Assembly: GCA_034003005.1 (NCBI GenBank)
Contig: JAVEZL010000002.1
Span: 12,861-76,860 of the forward strand
Direction: 5' to 3'
DNA length: 64,000 nt
Source of the DNA: Bacteroidales bacterium
Lineage (GTDB): Bacteria > Bacteroidota > Bacteroidia > Bacteroidales > UBA932
Shown: positions 60,603 to 64,000 of the stretch, in pieces
Position numbering within the stretch: the stretch's first letter is position 1
Layout of the letters: each line of letters opens with the position of its first letter
The notes under the pieces: model-generated
Database searches by the model: none
The model's input: the letters and a program-made list of their open reading frames with translations, nothing else
What the model was told of the DNA's origin: nothing
Position numbers and translations under genes: made by a program

Positions 60603-63340
60603 TGGAGTTCCTCGGAAAGATAGCTCAAGCCTTTTACGAAAGGGAGAGGGAAGATATTTCAAAACTTTGTTTTGTTTTTCCCGGCAGGAGGGCTGCGCTC
60701 TTTTTCCAGCGAGAACTTGGTGAGTTGATTGACAGGCCAATTTTTTCTCCAAGTTTGATTACAATTTCTGACCTTTTTACAGAGTTGTCCGGACTGAGAA
60801 AGGCCGATAAACTTGATTGTGTTTACAAACTTTACAAAATTTATTCTTCTTTAAACGAAACACCTGAGTCTTTTGACGATTTTGTTTACTGGGGAGAGAC
60901 TCTTGTTTCTGATTTTGATGATACAGATAAGTTTATAGCAGATGCGCCAAAGCTTTTTGCAAACATTAAGGATCTTAAAGAGCTTGATGCAGATTACTCA
61001 TTTTTAAGTGAAAGGCAGTTTAAAGCAATCCAAAGTTTCTGGTCAAGTTTCCATAACGGAGAGGAGAGTTCAAAGAAGAGTAAATTTAAGGCCCTTTGGT
61101 CTCTTATGTTGCCATTGTATTTAAATCTCAGAAAACAACTTGAAGAGGAAAAATCCGGATATGAAGGGATGATTTACAGAAAGATAGCAGAAGGAGTCAA
61201 AAATGGTGAGACTTCTGCTATCGACACTTTTCTTAGAAAGTATAAGAGAGTAGTTTTTGTAGGATTTAATGCACTTAATGAGTGTGAAAAAGTTGTGATG
61301 AGTTATGTTAAGAATTCACAACAAGGAGATTTTTATTGGGATTATAATGGTGATTTTGTTACAGACCCTGATAATAAAGCATCTTTTTTCATTCAAGAGA
61401 ATCGCCTCAGGTATCCATCATCGATTCAACTCAATTTTTTGTCTAATTCTAAAACTGAAATTGAAGTTATCGGGGCACCCACTTCTGTGGGCCAGGCAAA
61501 AATTGCAGGAGAAATTGCATCTCAACTTCCTGCCGGAATTAATAGTGCAATAGTACTCCCTGACGAATCTCTTCTAACCACTTTAATGAGGTCTCTTGAT
61601 GATAGTAATGGTGAAATAAATATAACAATGGGTTATCCTTTGAGGGAGGCCTCCGTTGTCTCTCTTGCTGAGGCGCTTATTGAGCTTCAGACTGGAGGCC
61701 TTTACTACAGAAAAGTTCTCCCGGTACTTAGACATACTTACATCAAAGGAGTAACCGGAAATAAATCATATTCAATTGAAAGAGACATAGTTTCAGGAAA
61801 TATGATCTATGTTCCTTATTCGATATTTGTTGATGATCCATTACTTAGTATCGTCTTTAAACGATTAAAACTTGATGAATCCTCATCAGAGAATAATATT
61901 CTTAATTTAAGCACTTATATACTTGATATCCTTAACTATATAGTAAAGAACAAAGAGATAAATAAGTTTGAGAAAGAACTCATATACTATTTTTATACAC
62001 TTATTGTAAGAATTAAGGATTTGAGCATTCCTATGTCTTTCAATACATATCTCAGATTGCTCAGGCAATTGGTAAACTCTACCTCTGTACCCTTTAAGGG
62101 AGAGCCTCTTGCTGGATTACAGGTTATGGGAGTTCTGGAAACAAGGTGTCTGGATTTTGATAATATAATTATCTGCTCAATGAATGAAGGGGTGTTTCCT
62201 TCAAGGAATATTAACAATTCATTTATACCTCTTAATCTTAGAAGAGCTTTCTCTCTTCCGGATAATGAATACGCAGATGCAGTATCGGCATACAATTTTT
62301 ACAGAACAATTTCCAGAGCCAGAAAGGTATGGCTTATTCATGATACAAGAAGTGAAGGCCTTTTAAGCGGAGAACAGAGCAGATTCATTCTTCAGCTAAA
62401 ATTTCATTACAATGTATCTCTTTGTGAGAAGGTCGCGTCCGGAATTGTTACTCGACAGGTTAAAAACCCAATATCTGTTGAAAAGAGTGATAATATTAAA
62501 CAAAAGCTTAACTCTTTTATTACTGGAGAAAAAAGTTTCTCAGCATCGTCTCTGTCAACGTATATCACATGTCCATTAAAGTTTTACTTTACACAAATTG
62601 AGGAGGTGAGGGAGGAGGAGGAGCTGAGTGAATCAGTAGAGGCAAAAACATTTGGCACAATACTGCATAGCACCATGGCTGCTCTTTATAAAGATTTTGA
62701 AGGGAGAGATGTAAGTCTGGAAGATATTAAAAGTAAACTTTCAAACTCTGACTCTATTAGTGCCTTGATTCAATCTGAATTTAAGAAAGAGAAGAAGATT
62801 ATGGAGGTAACGGGTTATAATTATGTTGTTTGCAATTTAATTGAAAAATACATTCATAAAATTTTACTTTATGATTTATCTATTGCTCCATTCAGATATA
62901 TTGAGTCTGAGAAGAGGTTTTATACTACTTTAAAACTTGATGACGGAACTGAGGTTAAACTTAAGGCTTTTGTGGATAGAATAGATAGACTTAACGGGGA
63001 GTTGAGAATTGTTGATTATAAGACTGGAGGAAATCCGGATAAGATGATATCAATATCTTCTCTGTTTGAGCCCAACTCTGCCAAAAAAATATCTGTATTT
63101 TTCCAGCTATTTCTTTATGCTTTTATGGTAAATCCCAATAATAATTCACTTCTCTCACCATATTTCTTAAGAGAGTTGGGTACCAGGTTTGATAAAACTG
63201 CTGGACCGGTAGAGTTGAATGAATTTAAAGAGCACCTGGTAAGTAAAATCGCTGAAATACTTAATCCACAAATTCCGTTTGGACAAACGGAAAATATAAA
63301 AAGTTGTGATTATTGTCCTTTCAAACAAATCTGCAGATAG
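60602..63340 (+). CDS. addB: AddB-like PD-(D/E)xK nuclease subunit
   Basis: VFPGRRA, GLQVMGVLETR.LDF, SASSLSTYITCP, DRID...IVDYKTG, C-terminal CDYCPFKQIC (Fe-S staple). Immediately followed by a UvrD-like gene. Confidence 0.85.
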   Translation: MEFLGKIAQAFYEREREDISKLCFVFPGRRAALFFQRELGELIDRPIFSPSLITISDLFTELSGLRKADKLDCVYKLYKIYSSLNETPESFDDFVYWGETLVSDFDDTDKFIADAPKLFANIKDLKELDADYSFLSERQFKAIQSFWSSFHNGEESSKKSKFKALWSLMLPLYLNLRKQLEEEKSGYEGMIYRKIAEGVKNGETSAIDTFLRKYKRVVFVGFNALNECEKVVMSYVKNSQQGDFYWDYNGDFVTDPDNKASFFIQENRLRYPSSIQLNFLSNSKTEIEVIGAPTSVGQAKIAGEIASQLPAGINSAIVLPDESLLTTLMRSLDDSNGEINITMGYPLREASVVSLAEALIELQTGGLYYRKVLPVLRHTYIKGVTGNKSYSIERDIVSGNMIYVPYSIFVDDPLLSIVFKRLKLDESSSENNILNLSTYILDILNYIVKNKEINKFEKELIYYFYTLIVRIKDLSIPMSFNTYLRLLRQLVNSTSVPFKGEPLAGLQVMGVLETRCLDFDNIIICSMNEGVFPSRNINNSFIPLNLRRAFSLPDNEYADAVSAYNFYRTISRARKVWLIHDTRSEGLLSGEQSRFILQLKFHYNVSLCEKVASGIVTRQVKNPISVEKSDNIKQKLNSFITGEKSFSASSLSTYITCPLKFYFTQIEEVREEEELSESVEAKTFGTILHSTMAALYKDFEGRDVSLEDIKSKLSNSDSISALIQSEFKKEKKIMEVTGYNYVVCNLIEKYIHKILLYDLSIAPFRYIESEKRFYTTLKLDDGTEVKLKAFVDRIDRLNGELRIVDYKTGGNPDKMISISSLFEPNSAKKISVFFQLFLYAFMVNPNNNSLLSPYFLRELGTRFDKTAGPVELNEFKEHLVSKIAEILNPQIPFGQTENIKSCDYCPFKQICR

Positions 63341-63341
63341 T

Positions 63342-64000
63342 ATGGGAAAAATAAATATATACCGAGCATCTGCAGGTTCTGGGAAGACACACAGACTTAC
63401 TCAGGAGTATTTAAAATTGCTTAAGGGTGATGACAGGGCATATAGAAAAATACTGGCTGTAACCTTTACAAACAAGGCTACAGAGGAGATGAAGAGAAGG
63501 GTTATTGAGTATCTTTATAAGGAATCATCTAATGGAGATTCTTCAGCATCAAGACTTCTAAAATACATTCTTCACGATTATTCGGCATTTAACATAAGTA
63601 CTATTGATAAGTTTTTCCAGCAAACTTTAAGAGCCTTTGCCAGAGAGATTGGTAAAAACACATCATATGGAGTTGAATTAAATCATGAAATAATTTTATC
63701 TCAGGCAATTGACAGAATTTTGTTCAATTTAGACACACAGGAGAATAAAAGACTTCTTGAATGGATAATGGAGCTCTCTGTTCAAAGAATTGACTCCGGT
63801 AAAAACTGGGATGTTAAATCAACAATTATTAATTCTGCTTCTCAACTATTTAAAGAGGCTTATAAAATAGCTGTTAAAGGCGAGGGAAAAGGATTTTTTA
63901 ATAAAGATCAGATAGCAGAATACTCTTCTGAAATTAGACAAATTACAGTGAGATATGAGGAGGCTCTAAGAGGTTTTGCAAAAAGAGGTTCGCAAATTTT
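63342..64000 (+). CDS. addA: AddA-like UvrD helicase/nuclease (partial at window edge)
   Basis: MGKINIYRASAGSGKT...ILAVTFTNKATEEMK...STIDKFF; follows addB after a 1-nt gap. Not in the ORF track. Confidence 0.85.
   Translation, partial: MGKINIYRASAGSGKTHRLTQEYLKLLKGDDRAYRKILAVTFTNKATEEMKRRVIEYLYKESSNGDSSASRLLKYILHDYSAFNISTIDKFFQQTLRAFAREIGKNTSYGVELNHEIILSQAIDRILFNLDTQENKRLLEWIMELSVQRIDSGKNWDVKSTIINSASQLFKEAYKIAVKGEGKGFFNKDQIAEYSSEIRQITVRYEEALRGFAKRGSQI

Noticed and set aside
43412-64000. Helicases and nucleases (RecD-like, RecG, Nfo, RNase HI, AddAB) or PIN-PhoH as an anti-phage system
   Set aside because: All match core housekeeping families, are interspersed with metabolic genes and lack defence-island context.

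Overview
This is a gene-dense, housekeeping-type chromosomal segment, most likely from an anaerobic Bacteroidales. The taxonomy is inferred from repeated TAnnTTTG (-7) sigma-A promoter boxes, starts without Shine-Dalgarno sites, a large-type PurL, AddAB, [FeFe]-hydrogenase maturases and PPDK. I can support about 47 CDSs (two cut by the window edges), tRNA-Arg(CCT), tRNA-Val(TAC), a complete tmRNA with tag (A)GNNNYALAA, five hairpin terminators and several divergent promoter pairs. Many ORF-track starts were moved to downstream ATGs. I found no integrase, transposase, prophage, CRISPR array or recognisable defence locus. The most unusual observation is a single 540-aa ORF fusing lipid A disaccharide synthase (LpxB) to an intact O6-alkylguanine DNA alkyltransferase (Ogt) domain. 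Other points worth checking: a strand-specific structured RNA between rpmF and fabH; an unannotated 43-aa membrane microprotein; an output-less sensor-like protein coupled to trkH; futalosine-pathway genes, one coupled to an FAD/Fe-S D-lactate dehydrogenase; an ECF-type promoter in front of a secreted unknown protein; and a probably leaderless recG. No database searches were run, so novelty is unverified.
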